Source: Neovahlkampfia damariscottae (Eukaryota). From it: a DNA stretch of 64,000 bases. A model generated the notes under the pieces. The model searched no databases and was not told the origin of the DNA. It worked only from the letters and a program-made list of their open reading frames with translations. Every line of letters begins with the position of its first letter. Within the stretch, counting starts at the first letter, position 1. The stretch is from assembly GCA_016618085.1 (NCBI GenBank), contig JABLTG010000011.1, positions 62,001-126,000 of the forward strand, given 5' to 3'. Position numbers and translations under genes: made by a program. This document shows positions 61,787 through 64,000 of the stretch, piece by piece.

Positions 61787-63484
61787 ATGTCTTCAAAACC
61801 TGTCTGCAAGTATGACGGAAAGTGTTACCGCAAAAATCCACTTCACTTTCAAGAATTTTGTAAGAATTATAGTACTAACCAAGCTTTAGCTCATCCAGTC
61901 CAACACCCAAAAGAAGTTGACTACAGAATTTTTGACTTTTACAACAAAAACAGGGAAGGAATAATCAAAGAAAATCCAAAGATAAACTCAAGCGAAATTT
62001 CAAAATTCATTTTAAAATCATGGAATTCTTTTTCAGAAGAAGAACAAAACCATTATGAAAAAAACGTCGAAAAATTATCAGAAAAATTAGCAAAAGACCA
62101 AAAAGATATTCCTCAACATGAAAACTATTATATTATAATTCATTGTGGATGTAGTAAAAAAACAGCAATTTGCAATAATTGTTTTCCAAAGTTTCAAAAA
62201 TATTTTGATGAAAATGTGGATACTATTATTAATAATTTATTAGATAGTAATTGGAATAATATCAAAACTTCACGTAAAAATTACAAAAAACATACTTCAA
62301 CTGAAAACATTGAATCAGAAGAAACTGCAGTAGCACAACATTATGAAGATTTATTTTTCAAATATTTATTTCTCAAAAAATTTGAATTATGTAAATTTTT
62401 ATATTTAAATTTATTTCAAATTGATATTGATCAAAATCAAATTTCAAATTCAAATTATTTTTTTATTTCTGGTAGTTTAAATAAATTACCTTTAATTTCA
62501 GTTAAAAATACATTTTTAAATTATCCATTAACAGAAAAAGTTTATTCAAAATTAAAAGAATTTTCAAGTAAATCACCATTTGGATTAAAAGAAAAAACTA
62601 TTTTTGATGATTCAATTAGAAATTCATTTGAAATTGATTCTAAAGATATTTCAATTTCAAATGATTTTGATTTAACTAATTCAAATGAATTTGAAATATT
62701 AGAAATTATTAGAAAACAATTAGCACCAAATTCAAAACAAATATCAGCTGAATTATATAAAATGGTATTATATGAAAAAGGAAGTCATTTTAGTGTTCAT
62801 AAAGATACTTTAAGAAGAAAGAATCATTTTGCAACGTTAGTTTTATTTGTACCTTCAAATTATGAAGGAGGTGAATTTATATTAGAACATAATACATTTA
62901 AAAAAGAATTTGATTTTTCAATTCAAAAAGATAATGAATTAAAATTTAATTGGTTAGCATTTTATACAGATTGTGATCATGAAATTAAAGAATTAAAAAA
63001 TGGAAATAGAATTACATTGACTTATAATTTATATCATAATGAAGAAGAATCTTTTAATTTCAACGAATTAAAATCAAGTTCAGAATATGATAAGATTTAT
63101 AAACCAATTTGTGATTTATTGAATGTTAATCAAAATATATATTTTATGCTTTCTCATTTTTATTCAAAATCAAGTTTAAAACCAGAATATTTAAAAGGAA
63201 GAGATTTAGAATTTTATTTATGGTTAAAATCAAAATTTGAAATTGAATTTTGTGATTCTTTATCATTAAATATTTCAGTTATTTCAGAAACTGAAATACC
63301 AAATATTGAAGAAAATAATTATGGATGTAATTTAGAAAATCCAACAATCATTCATCCATTTATTGAAGCAAATCTACCATTATTAAATTATAGTGGAAAT
63401 ATTGGTACTTTAGGTAATTTTGGTGCAGAAGAACTCTTTTTATATTATGTATCTTGTGGTATTAGAATTATTAAAAAACTTTAA
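61787..63484 (+). CDS. PBZ zinc finger, HMG-box and 2OG-Fe(II) oxygenase fusion
   Basis: CKYDGKCYRKNPLHFQEFSHP after removing intron 61860-61889; HMG-like IKENP....EISK....W...SEEEQ..Y; oxygenase LYK..LYE.G.HF..HKDT...H...G.RITLTYNL. Confidence 0.8.
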   Translation: MSSKPVCKYDGKCYRKNPLHFQEFCKNYSTNQALAHPVQHPKEVDYRIFDFYNKNREGIIKENPKINSSEISKFILKSWNSFSEEEQNHYEKNVEKLSEKLAKDQKDIPQHENYYIIIHCGCSKKTAICNNCFPKFQKYFDENVDTIINNLLDSNWNNIKTSRKNYKKHTSTENIESEETAVAQHYEDLFFKYLFLKKFELCKFLYLNLFQIDIDQNQISNSNYFFISGSLNKLPLISVKNTFLNYPLTEKVYSKLKEFSSKSPFGLKEKTIFDDSIRNSFEIDSKDISISNDFDLTNSNEFEILEIIRKQLAPNSKQISAELYKMVLYEKGSHFSVHKDTLRRKNHFATLVLFVPSNYEGGEFILEHNTFKKEFDFSIQKDNELKFNWLAFYTDCDHEIKELKNGNRITLTYNLYHNEEESFNFNELKSSSEYDKIYKPICDLLNVNQNIYFMLSHFYSKSSLKPEYLKGRDLEFYLWLKSKFEIEFCDSLSLNISVISETEIPNIEENNYGCNLENPTIIHPFIEANLPLLNYSGNIGTLGNFGAEELFLYYVSCGIRIIKKL

Positions 63485-63494
63485 TTTTTTATAT

Positions 63495-64000
63495 TCAAAT
63501 GGATGATCTTTTGAACATTTTATTTAATCTTATCTTTAAAAAAAGTGATTTATAAATTAAGAATCTTATAATTCTTAAAAATTTTTTAAATCTTCCAGTC
63601 TCTTTTATATATTCATTTGAAAGTGATTTTGAATAAGTGTCTAATATTTTTGGTTCAACTTTTCTTAATTCTTGATATTCTTTTAATGATGATTCAATAC
63701 TTTCATTTTCATTGGACAAACATTTTGCTAAAATAAATCCATCTTCGAATGCAACAGTTGGTTTTTGAAATCCACTTGGATCAATTGAATGTGCAGATTC
63801 ACCTACCAATGCAATATTTTTTGTAACAAATTCATCAATGATATTATCATAATATGCTTCAAAATCAAATTTAATTAAAGTATCTCTTGACATTTTGGCT
63901 TGAGAAATTTCAGATAAAAGGTTTTCAATTCCATATCCTGACCAATTTTTATGCATTCTATCAAATTGAGAAATTAATGAACTTGTTTTTTTTCTTCCTG
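63495..64000 (-). CDS. FAD-dependent monooxygenase-like, C-terminal part
   Basis: IALVGESAHSIDP...AFEDGFILAKCL...SLKEYQELR. Runs off the window. Confidence 0.7.
   Translation of the reverse strand, partial: GRKKTSSLISQFDRMHKNWSGYGIENLLSEISQAKMSRDTLIKFDFEAYYDNIIDEFVTKNIALVGESAHSIDPSGFQKPTVAFEDGFILAKCLSNENESIESSLKEYQELRKVEPKILDTYSKSLSNEYIKETGRFKKFLRIIRFLIYKSLFLKIRLNKMFKRSSI

Noticed and set aside
1..64000. Prokaryotic or giant-virus origin, or programmed frameshifting, to explain fragmented ORFs
   Set aside because: Breaks in intact genes are resolved by short GT-AG introns, and gene content (VPS8, USP, RhoGEF, POLQ) is eukaryotic nuclear.

Overview
Very AT-rich, extremely compact eukaryotic nuclear DNA read with the standard genetic code. 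It looks like a free-living protist, possibly a heterolobosean amoeba; that placement is an inference. About 40 genes are packed with intergenic gaps often under 70 bp and are split by many tiny (about 28-40 nt) GT-AG introns, so the ORF track shows exon fragments. Recognisable genes include a METTL4-like MT-A70, LOG, a Man1/Src1-like protein, DNA polymerase theta, a SET-domain protein, a SEL1-repeat protein, an ARM-RhoGEF, a bacterial-type uridine kinase fusion, an SDR, a saposin-like protein, an alphaproteobacterial-like MutS, an XRN with a dsRBD, GH29, an ICP55-like aminopeptidase P, a Rad60/Esc2-like protein, a GyrI-like protein, a USP16/45-like protease, VPS8, BAR-GYF, ALDH3, a nucleoside hydrolase, GFA, adenylate kinase, a class-M sirtuin and a PBZ-HMG-2OG dioxygenase. 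The strongest signals are: (1) a CCAAT/ATTGG motif 0-50 nt from almost every start codon; (2) poly-A, pyrimidine-tract-less mini-introns, some in frame without a stop, plus 4-12 nt micro-exons; (3) convergent genes with abutting or overlapping stops; (4) a SirTM gene head-to-head with a PBZ-HMG-dioxygenase; (5) a GyrI paralog broken by a ~1.2 kb insertion carrying 19-bp repeats and an orphan ORF; (6) a TA-flanked MITE. All assignments come from reading motifs by eye; no database searches were run.
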